Numbered from the stretch's first letter, positions 20,660-30,198 are shown. The stretch: DNA of 64,000 nt from Candidatus Spongiisociaceae bacterium (GCA_965202665.1 OZ241841.1:2176001-2240000), one strand, 5' to 3'. Program-made: numbers and translations. The notes: generated by a model from the letters alone, not told the origin.

Positions 20660-21372
20660 GCGGGGGCCCGGCCGGGCCGGTTCCGGCCAACGGGGGGCCG
20701 ACGGCGGTGGCGGTGCGCACCGCGGAGGGACTGGTGTTGCGGGGCCACGAATGGCCGGTGGACGGCCCGGCGGTGCTGTTCGTGCATGACTTCGGGGATG
20801 ATTTGGACTCCTGGGGGCCGGTCACCGCCCGTTTCGCCTCCTGCGGGTTTCGGGTGATCAGCATGGAACTGCGGGGGCACGGCCTGTCCGAAGGCGACCC
20901 CGACCCGGCCCGCCTGCTCGACGACCTGGCCGGGCTGTCGGCGGAGATCGCCGCCTCTTTCGGTCCGGTGGGGGTGGTTTCCTACGGCTGGGCCGCCGTC
21001 GGGTTGCTGTATCTGAACGAGGAGTCTGGGGCTCCGGTGCACGCCCTGCTCACCCCTTTCTCCGGGGAAGAGATGGATTGGCGGGGAACCCGCTCGGCGA
21101 TGCGGGTGATTTTGGGCGGCTCCCTGGACGAGGTCCGCCATCGCTACCTGGACCGGATCTATCCGAAAATTTTGGGCCACAAACTGCGGGTGTCCGGGGC
21201 GTCGGCCGCCTTCGGCCCGCAACTGTTGGAGGATCAGCCGCAACTGCTGGAGCATCTGGTTATGTTTATGCGCAGGGAACTGATTCCCTACCATTTGGCT
21301 TGGATCGCCCAACGCGCCGACCAGTTGCGGGCGGGCGGCGCGGCGGCCCCCGACCGGGATAACCCGGAGTAG
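20656..21372 (+). CDS. Alpha/beta-hydrolase-fold protein, apparently degenerate
   Basis: AVLFVHDFG, ELRGHGLSEG; the nucleophile elbow reads VSYGW, not GxSxG. Confidence 0.65.
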   Translation: MSGGPAGPVPANGGPTAVAVRTAEGLVLRGHEWPVDGPAVLFVHDFGDDLDSWGPVTARFASCGFRVISMELRGHGLSEGDPDPARLLDDLAGLSAEIAASFGPVGVVSYGWAAVGLLYLNEESGAPVHALLTPFSGEEMDWRGTRSAMRVILGGSLDEVRHRYLDRIYPKILGHKLRVSGASAAFGPQLLEDQPQLLEHLVMFMRRELIPYHLAWIAQRADQLRAGGAAAPDRDNPE

Positions 21373-21423
21373 CCACGCGAGTAAGCCCGCAGACAAGATA
21401 AGACCAGTAGAAAGGACCAGGCG

Positions 21424-22296
21424 ATGCCGGTTGTCGACGCCCACTTGCACCTGTTCCGGGCGCGGAGCGAAACCTATCCCCGGGATGTCATAGACGGGAT
21501 GACCCCGCCGGAGCGGGAAGAACCCGCCGAGGAGTTTTTGGCCGCCATGGAACGGGCCGGGGTGGACCGGGCGGTGATCGTCCCCCTTTCCACCCACGAC
21601 CATTATCTGGCGGAGATACTGCGCGACTTCCCCGGCAAATTCGCCGGAGTGGGGGTGTACGACGCCGATGCCCCGGACGGGGCGGGGCAGGTTGCCCGCC
21701 GGGCGGAGCAGGTCGGCGTCCAGGGGTTGCGTTTCTACGGGTTCGGGGCCGATGCCGGGCAGGCCCCGGAGGAGATGGCCGTGTTTCCGGTTTTGGAGGC
21801 GATGCGGGAGGCGGGGATGGTGGTGTGGTTCTACGGGTCGCCCGACCAGGTGCGCCTGTTGGACGGGGCGATGGAACTTTTGCCCGGCCTGAAAGTGGTT
21901 TTGAACCATTTGGGGTTCTGCCCCGACATTTGGATGGAAATCAAGATGGACGCCGACATGCGCCCCCGGTTCGACATCCCCCTGCCCCCGGATTCCCTGG
22001 AGCTGATAGAGGAGACGGCCGCCAAGCGCCCCGATGACCTCTACGTGCACGTGTCCGGCCAATACGCCTTCACCGGTGCCGACTACCCGCACCCCGACCT
22101 GCAGGAAGTGGTGGACCGGGTGTACGCGGCCTTCGGGGCGGAGCGGATGATGATGGCCTCCGACTGGCCGTGGATAAAACACAACCCGGGCTACAAGGAA
22201 ACCCTGGCCCTGGCGGACCTTTACCTCCCCGACCTGACCCCGCCCGAACGGGAAGCCATCCGCGGCGGCACCGCCTCCTCCCTTTTCACATTTTAA
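21424..22296 (+). CDS. Amidohydrolase family (Amidohydro_2-like) protein
   Basis: VDAHLH, GVDRAVIV, VVLNHLG, FGAERMMMASDWP, IRGGTA. Confidence 0.9.
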   Translation: MPVVDAHLHLFRARSETYPRDVIDGMTPPEREEPAEEFLAAMERAGVDRAVIVPLSTHDHYLAEILRDFPGKFAGVGVYDADAPDGAGQVARRAEQVGVQGLRFYGFGADAGQAPEEMAVFPVLEAMREAGMVVWFYGSPDQVRLLDGAMELLPGLKVVLNHLGFCPDIWMEIKMDADMRPRFDIPLPPDSLELIEETAAKRPDDLYVHVSGQYAFTGADYPHPDLQEVVDRVYAAFGAERMMMASDWPWIKHNPGYKETLALADLYLPDLTPPEREAIRGGTASSLFTF

Positions 22297-22786
22297 GAAA
22301 AGCCACCGCTAGTTTACAATCCCAAGCAGCAACCAGCGCCGTAGCGACAAGGGGGCGTGAAAACTAAATCCTGGGGCGCCTTAACCTGGGGCGCCTATGA
22401 TTCCTTTCGCCCACCACGACTGCGAATGGGTAACCCGCGAAAATATGGAGTTACCCTTCGGTTGGGAATCGGTCTGCTTGCTGGGCTCCGCCCAAACCGG
22501 GAAACGCCGGTTGCCCCTCCCTCAGATTATCGATGCGCTGATGTCCGCCGGTACCATCTTTATCGATGCAGAGGGCAGAGGTGATTGGCCTATCGTCTTG
22601 ACCTATCACGCGTTCGGTCCCACACAGGACAGTCCCATCCATGTCTTGTTCGGGTTTCATCAATTTTTTCCGGTGGGTAAAATAATGCACGCTTGTCGTT
22701 ACCTATGCGATGCTTCTCGGCAATTCTCAGGATTTGGGGATGTTAGGCTACGCTTAGGACGCGAGAGGGAATAGGAGGTACAACCA

Positions 22787-23113
22787 ATGCCTGCAGATTC
22801 AGACTACGATCCGTTGGATTACGATAGTTTGGGAGCGCGGTTGCCTGAGCATATTAGGCAGTGGCGGGATGACCCGAACCATTGGTTCAACGACCAGGAG
22901 GACAACCGGTATTGGGAGGAGTACGATCGGGACTTGATGGCTGGTCGGCGCGGCGCGGAGGTGTGGGAGGCGGCGCGTCGTATGGAGGAGGCGGGTCAGA
23001 CTACGGTGACCATCAACGGTCGGGAGTACCCGGCGGCTACCACCGCCGACTTGGAGAGAATGTACAAGGCGGCCCGAAAACGCGCCCGCGCGCAAACCGA
23101 ATCTCCTTCCTGA
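22787..23113 (+). CDS. 108-aa array protein, copy 1
   Basis: AGGAGG RBS; frame conserved in all five copies. Confidence 0.85.
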   Translation: MPADSDYDPLDYDSLGARLPEHIRQWRDDPNHWFNDQEDNRYWEEYDRDLMAGRRGAEVWEAARRMEEAGQTTVTINGREYPAATTADLERMYKAARKRARAQTESPS

Positions 23114-23140
23114 CGTTCGGTAACGATTGGAGGCGCAACG

Positions 23141-23467
23141 ATGTCTGCAGACTCAGGTTACGATCCGTTGGATTACGATGTTTTTGGGCGGCGGTTGCCT
23201 GAGCATATCAGGCGGTGGCGGGATGACCCGAACCATTGGTTCAACGACCAGGAGGACAACCGGTATTGGGAGCAGCATGACCGGGATCTGATGGCTGGTA
23301 GGTGCGGCGCGGAGGTGTTGGAGGAGATCCGTCGCATGGAGGAGGCTGGCCAGACCACGGTGACCATAAACGGTCGAGAATACCCGGCGGCGGTGCGCTC
23401 CAACATAGAGAAGTTCCGAGCCTTGGCTCGAGAACGCGAGCGTTCCCAAACCGAATCCCCTTCCTGA
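23141..23467 (+). CDS. 108-aa array protein, copy 2
   Basis: GGAGG RBS; paralog of copy 1. Confidence 0.85.
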   Translation: MSADSGYDPLDYDVFGRRLPEHIRRWRDDPNHWFNDQEDNRYWEQHDRDLMAGRCGAEVLEEIRRMEEAGQTTVTINGREYPAAVRSNIEKFRALARERERSQTESPS

Positions 23468-23495
23468 CGTTCGGTAACGATTGGAGGCGTAACCG

Positions 23496-23822
23496 ATGTC
23501 GGCAGGCTCAGACTACGACCCTTTGGAGTATGACATTTTGGGGAATCGGCTCTCCGAGGAGGAGATACGGTGGCGGTCGGACCCGAACCATTGGTTCAAC
23601 GACCAGGAGGACAACCGGTATTGGGAGGAGTACGATCGGGACTTGATGGCTGGTCGGCGCGGCGCGGAGGTGTTGGAGGAGATCCGTCGCATGGAGGAGG
23701 CTGGTCAGACCACGGTGACCATCAACGGGCGGGAGTATCCGGCGGCGGTGCGCTCCAACATAGAAAAGATACGCGCCCGAACCAGGGAGCGCGAGCGCGC
23801 CCAAACCGAATCCTCGTCCTGA
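23496..23822 (+). CDS. 108-aa array protein, copy 3
   Basis: GGAGG RBS; most divergent N-terminus. Confidence 0.85.
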   Translation: MSAGSDYDPLEYDILGNRLSEEEIRWRSDPNHWFNDQEDNRYWEEYDRDLMAGRRGAEVLEEIRRMEEAGQTTVTINGREYPAAVRSNIEKIRARTRERERAQTESSS

Positions 23823-23850
23823 CATTTCGGGAACGATTGGAGGTACAAGG

Positions 23851-24177
23851 ATGTCTGCAGATTCAGATTACGATCCGTTGGATTACGATAGTTTGGGGGC
23901 GCGGTTGCCTGAGCATATCAGGCGGTGGCGGGATGACCCGAACCATTGGTTCAACGACCAGGAGGATAACCGGTATTGGGAGCAGCATGACCGGGATCTG
24001 ATGGCTGGTAGGTGCGGCGTGGAGGCGTGGGAGGCGGCGCGTCGTATGGAGGAGGCGGGTCAGACTACGGTGACCATTAACGGTCGGGAGTACCCGGCGG
24101 CTACCACCGCCGACTTGGAGAGATGGTACGAGGCGGCCCGGAAACGCGCCCGCGCTGAAACCGAGTCTCCTTCCTGA
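23851..24177 (+). CDS. 108-aa array protein, copy 4
   Basis: GGAGGT RBS; paralog. Confidence 0.85.
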   Translation: MSADSDYDPLDYDSLGARLPEHIRRWRDDPNHWFNDQEDNRYWEQHDRDLMAGRCGVEAWEAARRMEEAGQTTVTINGREYPAATTADLERWYEAARKRARAETESPS

Positions 24178-24205
24178 CGTTTGGGTAGCGATTGGAGGTA
24201 CAAGG

Positions 24206-24532
24206 ATGTCTGCAGATTCAGATTACGATCCGTTGGATTACGATAGTTTGGGGGCGCGGTTGCCTGAGCATATCAGGCGGTGGCGGGATGATCCGAATCA
24301 TTGGTTCAACGACCGGGAGGACAACCGGTTTTGGGAGGAGGATGACCGGGAGTTGATGGCTGGTCGGCGCGGCGCGGAGGTGTGGGAGGAGGTGCGTCGT
24401 ATGGAGGAGGCGGGCCAGACCACTGTGACCATAAACGGGCGGGAGTACCCGGCGGCGGTGCGCTCCAATATAGAAAAGATACGCGCCCGAACTAGGGAGC
24501 GCGAGCGCGCCCAAACCGAATCTTCGTCCTGA
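24206..24532 (+). CDS. 108-aa array protein, copy 5
   Basis: GGAGGT RBS; paralog. Confidence 0.85.
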   Translation: MSADSDYDPLDYDSLGARLPEHIRRWRDDPNHWFNDREDNRFWEEDDRELMAGRRGAEVWEEVRRMEEAGQTTVTINGREYPAAVRSNIEKIRARTRERERAQTESSS

Positions 24533-24579
24533 CGGTCGGCCAACCATCATTTTCGATTATCCCAAAGGCGGGATTCAGT

Positions 24580-24942
24580 TCAGTCTGTGTCCGGCCAAAA
24601 AACGGTAGCGCCCAAAACCTGGTTCCTGTGCCAGTTGATTCTTACCCAAACCGGGCCTTCCGGTGGCTTTATGTCCGATTCTCGGGGTATGTAACCAAGT
24701 TTTTTGTCCTCGGCTTCGATATATAAGGCATCAAGATCATGCAGGTTGTAAGTCTCATATACCGCCCGCCCTGGGATAAGTCGTTTTCCATGCTCCCCGT
24801 ATAGGTCGGCGAGATTTTCCTGACGGTTCTCGAAGGTTACTCCCACCAAGTCAATGCTGTATCCTTCAACGTCGCCATCGAAACTGTCATCATCAAAATA
24901 CCCGGTTCTGACAGGATAGCCGCGCTTGGTATTTGCTTTCAT
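24580..24942 (-). CDS. Stand-alone HIRAN-domain protein
   Basis: LVGVTFENRQ ... YNLHDLDALYI ... KKLGYIPRE matches the HIRAN pattern; lower GC. Confidence 0.75.
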   Translation of the reverse strand: MKANTKRGYPVRTGYFDDDSFDGDVEGYSIDLVGVTFENRQENLADLYGEHGKRLIPGRAVYETYNLHDLDALYIEAEDKKLGYIPRESDIKPPEGPVWVRINWHRNQVLGATVFWPDTD

Positions 24943-25017
24943 ATCTTCCCATAATAGCAAACCCCGGTTTTGCTGTTGATCCGATGACGGATGATCCCCG
25001 TATAGTTTGCGGGCGGG

Positions 25018-26190
25018 TTATTCGCCGTTGGCGGGTTCGGCTCCCCAGGCTCCTATGGCGGCGATCATCCGGCTTACGCCTTCTTTCAGCAGGTCGGGGG
25101 CGGTGGCCAGGGAAATCCGCACGTAGTTTTCAGCGCGGGGACCGAAGGTTTCACCGGGCACCACCGCCACCCCCTGTTCTATCACCAGCCGCCGCGCGAA
25201 CCGGTCGGCGGTGAGTCCGCTGCCGGAAACATCCACCATCTGGTAGAAAGCCCCCGACGGCCGCACATAGGGCGTCCCCGCCCCGTCCAGCAGTTCCATC
25301 ACCATGTCGCGCCGCCCGCGGTAGGCGTCCCGCATTTCCGCCACCGCCTCCTGCGGGCCGGTGATCGCCGCCGTCGCCGCTTTCTGGGCGGGGGCGTTCA
25401 CGCAGGACGTGATCGGCTCCTGCACTTTGACGATGCTTTCCGTCACCTCCGGGGGCGAAACCAGATACCCGACCCGCCACCCGGTCATCGCGTAAGTTTT
25501 GGAGAAGCTGAAAAAACTGATTACCCGCCCGTCTTCGTCCAGGGGGGCGGCCGAAGGGGGCGGCTCCTCGTACCAAATCTCGTCGTACACCTCGTCGGAC
25601 AGCACCCACAGGTCGTGCTGGCGGGCCAACTCCATTATTTCCAGCAAGGCGGAGCGGGGAGTCGCCGCCCCGGTGGGGTTGCCGGGGGAGTTGAGGAGGA
25701 CGGCCCGGGTGCGGTCGGTGATGAGCGGTTCCATCAGTTCCGCTTGCGGGATAAAATCGTTTTCGGGGAGCAGCGGATAGGGGACGTCGACCACCCCGGA
25801 CAGGTTGGTCATCAGCCGGTAGTTGGGCCAGGCCGGGTCGCTGATCAGAATTTCCTCCCCCGGGTCGCACAGCGACACGATCGCCCCGTACACCCCGGCC
25901 ACCGCCCCGGGGGTCACCACGATGTCGTCCGGGGAGGCTTCTATCCCGTTGCGCCGCCGCACCTTGTCGGCCAGGGCTTCCCGCAGTTCGGGGATGCCGG
26001 CGTTGGGAGTGTATTTGGTGAAGCCTTCATCCCCGGCCCGCCGGGCGGCTTCCACCACATGGGCGGGGGTGTCGAAGTTGGGTTCCCCCACTTCCAGATG
26101 GATGGCGCCGCCCTTTTCCAAGGCCAATTCCATAATGTCCCGGATGCCGGACCGCCCCAGCGAGTCCACCACATTGGAGGTTGTCCGCAT
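25018..26190 (-). CDS. PLP-dependent aminotransferase class I/II
   Basis: LEVGEPNF, NSPGNPTG, SDEVY, SFSKTYAMTGWRVGY; paralog of 11783-12967. Confidence 0.93.
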   Translation of the reverse strand: MRTTSNVVDSLGRSGIRDIMELALEKGGAIHLEVGEPNFDTPAHVVEAARRAGDEGFTKYTPNAGIPELREALADKVRRRNGIEASPDDIVVTPGAVAGVYGAIVSLCDPGEEILISDPAWPNYRLMTNLSGVVDVPYPLLPENDFIPQAELMEPLITDRTRAVLLNSPGNPTGAATPRSALLEIMELARQHDLWVLSDEVYDEIWYEEPPPSAAPLDEDGRVISFFSFSKTYAMTGWRVGYLVSPPEVTESIVKVQEPITSCVNAPAQKAATAAITGPQEAVAEMRDAYRGRRDMVMELLDGAGTPYVRPSGAFYQMVDVSGSGLTADRFARRLVIEQGVAVVPGETFGPRAENYVRISLATAPDLLKEGVSRMIAAIGAWGAEPANGE

Positions 26191-26199
26191 CGCCCCGCC

Positions 26200-27339
26200 T
26201 TAGATGATGTTTTTGACTTCGGGGAAATGGCAGGCCGTCAGATGGCCGGGGGCCAGCTCCCGCAGGGGGGGTTCTTCTTCCCGGCAGACATCCCGGTCTT
26301 TCCCCACCGGGCAGCGGGTGTGAAACCGGCACCCGGAGGGCGGGTTGAGCGGGCTGGGCACGTCCCCTTCCAGCAGGATGCGGGAACGTTTCCGCTGATG
26401 AACCGGGTCGGGCACCGGCACCGCCGACAGCAGGGCGTGGGTGTAGGGGTGCATCGGTTCGGCGAACAGTTGGTCGGTGGGGGCCGACTCGGCGATTTTG
26501 CCCAAGTACATCACCGCCGTGTGGTCGCAAATGTGGCGCACCACCGCCAAGTCGTGGGCGATGAACAGGTAGGTGAGGCCCAGCCGTTCCTGGATTTCGT
26601 GGAACAGGTTGAGCACCTGCGCTTGGATGGAAACGTCCAAAGCCGACACCGGTTCGTCCAGGATCAGAAAGCCGGGGCGCAACGCTAAGGCCCGCGCCAC
26701 CCCGATCCGCTGCCGCTGGCCGCCGGAGAACTCATGCGGGTAGCGGTTGGCGGCGTTGGCGCTCATCCCCACCAGTTGCAACAGTTCCCCCACCGCCTCC
26801 GCGCGGGCGGAGCGGGTCAGGTCCAGATGGACTTCCATCAGTTCGGCGATGGCCGCCCCCACCGTCATCCGCGGGTTGAGGGAGGCGAACGGGTCTTGGA
26901 AAACGATCTGCATGTGGCGGCGCAACTCCCGCAACCGGCGCCGGTCGGCGGCGATGATGTCGATGGTTTCCACCCGCCCGTCGCCCGGGCCGCCGTCCGG
27001 GGACCCGTTTGGGTTCGCCGCCGGTTCCTGTTCGCCGTCCTCCTCCGGGCCGGGGGCGCCGTCCAGCCGCCGTTGCAGGAACACCTCCCCGGAGGTGGGT
27101 TCCACCAAGCGCAACACGGAGCGGGCGGTGGTCGATTTGCCGCAGCCGGATTCGCCGACCAGGCCCAAGGTGCGTCCGAACGGGATGTCGAACGACACCC
27201 CGGCCACCGCCGACACCTCCCCCTGGTTGCGGCTGAAAATCCCGCCGCTGAGAGTGAAAGTTTTCACCAGGTTGCGCACCGACAGGGCCGCGTCGCGGCT
27301 GATCGGCGTCTGCGTCTGTTGCGCGGCTGGGTGGGTCAA
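26200..27339 (-). CDS. Peptide ABC transporter ATPase (DppF/OppF-like)
   Basis: [50 protein letters not shown]; probable TTG start after GGAGG. Confidence 0.93.
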   Translation of the reverse strand: MTHPAAQQTQTPISRDAALSVRNLVKTFTLSGGIFSRNQGEVSAVAGVSFDIPFGRTLGLVGESGCGKSTTARSVLRLVEPTSGEVFLQRRLDGAPGPEEDGEQEPAANPNGSPDGGPGDGRVETIDIIAADRRRLRELRRHMQIVFQDPFASLNPRMTVGAAIAELMEVHLDLTRSARAEAVGELLQLVGMSANAANRYPHEFSGGQRQRIGVARALALRPGFLILDEPVSALDVSIQAQVLNLFHEIQERLGLTYLFIAHDLAVVRHICDHTAVMYLGKIAESAPTDQLFAEPMHPYTHALLSAVPVPDPVHQRKRSRILLEGDVPSPLNPPSGCRFHTRCPVGKDRDVCREEEPPLRELAPGHLTACHFPEVKNII

Positions 27340-27493
27340 GCGGCCTCCGTTGGTTGTGGCGGGCGGAACCATTCTACATTCCCCGACCGGGCGGGGTTCG
27401 GGTTTCGCCCGCCGCCGCCCTCATCGGGATGATAATATGGGGGGCGGCGGTCCGCCGGGCCGCTCGCATCAAACTATGGAAGGAGAGCCGTCG

Positions 27494-28036
27494 ATGTCGG
27501 ATGACGATTTTCGGGGGAAGCTGGGGGGTTTGGACCCCGAAGAGTTGGATTTGTTCCTGGACGAGGATTGGCTGGCCCGGCTGGCCTGCCTCACTCCGGA
27601 CGGGGCGCCCTACGTGGTGCCGCTGTGGTACCAGTGGCAGGACGGGGCCCTGTGGTTCGTCGGCCGGCAACGGGCGGTATGGTGCGAATACATCAAAAAC
27701 GACCCCCGGGTGTCGGTGGTGATCGACGCCGCTGAAACTCCGCCCGAATACGAAGGCCGTTCCATGCAGATCCCCAAGGTGATGTTCCAGGGCATGGGCG
27801 AGATAACGGAGGAGCCGAACATCGGCGGCCTGTGGGTGGATATAGCCAAAGAAATGTCCTACCGGTACCTGGGGCCGAACGGCCCCGAATATCTGACCGG
27901 CACCATGAACCAGCCCCGTTGGCTGATCAAAGTGGTTCCGACCAAGATCGACACCTGGCAGGGGGTGGGCTGGGCCCGGCGCTACTGGGTGGAGGGCACC
28001 GGCGGCCCCTCCTACGAGGAGGCGCACGGAGGCTGA
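27494..28036 (+). CDS. PPOX-class pyridoxamine 5'-phosphate oxidase-like protein
   Basis: LACLTPDGAPYVVPLWYQWQDG, IKNDPRVSVVID, TWQG..WA.RY; paralog of 12979-13539; AAGGAG RBS. Confidence 0.82.
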   Translation: MSDDDFRGKLGGLDPEELDLFLDEDWLARLACLTPDGAPYVVPLWYQWQDGALWFVGRQRAVWCEYIKNDPRVSVVIDAAETPPEYEGRSMQIPKVMFQGMGEITEEPNIGGLWVDIAKEMSYRYLGPNGPEYLTGTMNQPRWLIKVVPTKIDTWQGVGWARRYWVEGTGGPSYEEAHGG

Positions 28037-28140
28037 TTCCGGCGGGCGGGGGGCTCCGGCCGGCCTCCCGCCCCGGCTGGTTCCGGTAGTTCCGGTACGG
28101 GTTTAGCCTGACTCCTTGACGCTAGGTAAGGAGGTGGCTG

Positions 28141-29082
28141 ATGGCAGCCCGTTTGCGGTCCTATCCGAAAGTTTACACCCTGGGCCATGTGGCCTTGGAG
28201 CAGATGATGAACGAGCCGGACCTTTTGGTGGAGATCACCGAAAAGGTGGACGGCTCCCAGTTCAGCTTCGGCCTGCTGGAGGGCCGGCTGGCTTTCCGCA
28301 GCAGCGGGCAGGAGATTTTCCCCGAATCGGCCGGGAAGCTGTTTGAACCGGCGGTGGCGCAGGTGCTGTCGGTGCGGGAGCGGCTGGCCGACGGCTGGTC
28401 CTACCGGGGGGAGGCCTTTTTCCGTCCCAAGCACAACACGCTGGCCTACCAGCGGGCGCCGCGCGGCCACGTAATGCTGTTCGGGGTGGACCGGGGCTAC
28501 CAGGATTGGGCGGACGCCGCGGTGCGGGAGGAAGCGGCGGAGGAGCTGGGGATGGAGGCGGTGCCGGTGTTGCACCAGGGGCCGTTGCCGTCGTTGGAGG
28601 AGTTGCGGGGGATGCTGGACCGGGAGTCGGTCTTGGGCGGGGTGAAGGTGGAGGGGATAGTCATCAAGCAGGTCGCCAACGCGTTTTTCGACAAGGGGGG
28701 CAAGGCCTTGATGGCCAAACTGGTGTCGGAGGAGTTTGCGGAAACCCACCGGCGGGAATGGCGCAAAACCAACCAGTCCCAGAAGGAGGGCCTGGCCGAG
28801 CTGGCCGAATCGTACCGCACCGAAGCCCGCTGGCGCAAGGCGGCGCAGCATCTGTCCGAACGGGGGGATCTGGCGGGGGAGCCGCGCGACATAGGCCCGC
28901 TGATCGTGGAGGTGCGCCGGGATTTTTTGGAGGAGGAGGCGGACAACGTAAAAGAAAAGCTGTGGCGGATGTTCAAAGACCAGATGCTCCGCAAAGTAAC
29001 CGCCGGCCTCCCCGAATGGTACAAAAAAACCCTAGCGGAAGCCCAGCTCCCGCCCGCACCCCCGGAGGAGGTTGCCGATTGA
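28141..29082 (+). CDS. ATP-dependent RNA ligase (Rnl2-like nucleotidyltransferase)
   Basis: Motif I TEKVDGSQ, III YRGEAF, IIIa LFGV, IV EGIVIK, V AKLVSEEF; strong TAAGGAGGT RBS. Confidence 0.8.
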   Translation: MAARLRSYPKVYTLGHVALEQMMNEPDLLVEITEKVDGSQFSFGLLEGRLAFRSSGQEIFPESAGKLFEPAVAQVLSVRERLADGWSYRGEAFFRPKHNTLAYQRAPRGHVMLFGVDRGYQDWADAAVREEAAEELGMEAVPVLHQGPLPSLEELRGMLDRESVLGGVKVEGIVIKQVANAFFDKGGKALMAKLVSEEFAETHRREWRKTNQSQKEGLAELAESYRTEARWRKAAQHLSERGDLAGEPRDIGPLIVEVRRDFLEEEADNVKEKLWRMFKDQMLRKVTAGLPEWYKKTLAEAQLPPAPPEEVAD

Positions 29083-29193
29083 TATGAAAAGCGGGGTATG
29101 CTTGTTCCCGCAGGCGTGAGAAAGGTCGGTTGATGTCAACTTCTGCTGCGGCGCCTCCGTTGTCGCGGTTGCATGTCGTAGAAAGGATTCGAA

Positions 29194-29439
29194 ATGACAT
29201 TTACGGATAGGACACCCTCATCAGACGCTGAGGCTGTTGCGCGGGAACGGGAGCGGTGGTTTTCCGACCCCGAGGACAACGCTTACTGGGAGGAGATGCA
29301 CGCCAGCTTGGAGCGGGGCGACCCCCAGCATGCCGAGTTCTCCCGCGCCGCCGCCGAGCACATCTTGGGGAGCCTGCGCCCGGGCGAGAGGCTGGAGTTG
29401 CGTCCCGGGGAGGGCCTTTTCGTCGTCTCCGACGACTGA
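29194..29439 (+). CDS. Small acidic protein related to the tandem-array proteins
   Basis: WFSDPEDNAYWEEMHASLERG aligns without gaps to the array's WFNDQEDNRYWEEYDRDLMAG; AAAGGA RBS. Confidence 0.7.
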   Translation: MTFTDRTPSSDAEAVARERERWFSDPEDNAYWEEMHASLERGDPQHAEFSRAAAEHILGSLRPGERLELRPGEGLFVVSDD

Positions 29440-29730
29440 AACCGCCCGAGCGCAACACGCGCCGGACCGGTTCCGCGTCATCCGCTGGTCCGGAATGTCG
29501 CTGGTTCAACTCCGCCGCGATCCGCAACGCCGCCTGGGCGGGTTATACGCTATCGGGCGGACGGATTCGTCCTCCGCCGGAGGGGGCGGTAATGGCCGCG
29601 GTTAGTCGTTACCGGGTCGCCACCGTGTTATTCCGGCGGCGGAATAAACTGGCCGCCGGTCGGTTCGTCCTGGTCGGCGGTAGCGGACGGGCGGAGGGTT
29701 TTAGAAGTCGGAGCGTACTTGTCCGGTCAC

Positions 29731-30198
29731 TCAGCCACCCCCCCGCGGCTGGGGGTCGTAAATGGCCGACAAAGAACCCTCCGGTTCGTCCTTCACTACC
29801 CAGTGGACGTTGGGGATAGTTATCCGGGATAATAATTCGGTTAGCCGGTCGGTCGTTTCGGCTAGCTGGTTGGAGGTTACCGCTAGCTGTTCGGAGGTTT
29901 CACGATTAGCCCGCGCCGTTTCCCGGTTATCTTCCGTCGCCCTCCGGTTATCTTCCGTCGCCCTCCGGTTATACTCCGCCGCCCTCCGGTTGTCTTCCGC
30001 CGCCCTCCTGTTATCCCATGCCGCCGCCCATAGAGATCCGTCTATCCGAGTCGCCATTTCATCTAACCGGTCGGTCGTTTCCCGGTTCGTTTTAGCCGCC
30101 GTCCGGTTGTCTTCCGCGCTCTCCGGGCGGCGTAACCGAAATCCGTCCTTCTGTTGGTTACCGCCGTCCTCCGGCGGCCTGTTTGGTTCGTCCGTCAT
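29731..30198 (-). CDS. Coiled-coil protein with heptad repeats
   Basis: GGAGGA RBS; (E/W)DNRRA(A/T) heptads. Confidence 0.65.
   Translation of the reverse strand: MTDEPNRPPEDGGNQQKDGFRLRRPESAEDNRTAAKTNRETTDRLDEMATRIDGSLWAAAWDNRRAAEDNRRAAEYNRRATEDNRRATEDNRETARANRETSEQLAVTSNQLAETTDRLTELLSRITIPNVHWVVKDEPEGSLSAIYDPQPRGGG
29923..30016. repeat. 21-bp tandem repeat, about 4.5 copies
   Basis: Units such as CCGGTTATCTTCCGTCGCCCT, encoding the heptads on the minus strand. Confidence 0.85.

Larger units (their letters stand above)
22787..24532 (+). repeat. Tandem array of five 354-355-bp gene units
   Basis: Starts at 22787, 23141, 23496, 23851 and 24206; each is a 108-codon ORF with its own GGAGG in a 27-28-nt spacer. 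Confidence 0.97.

Noticed and set aside
22787-24532. Array as a CRISPR or integron cassette array
   Set aside because: Whole 355-bp units are homologous coding sequences with no unique spacers. The intergenic CGTT-CGGT-AACG hairpin is too short and in the wrong order for attC. No cas or integrase gene is present.
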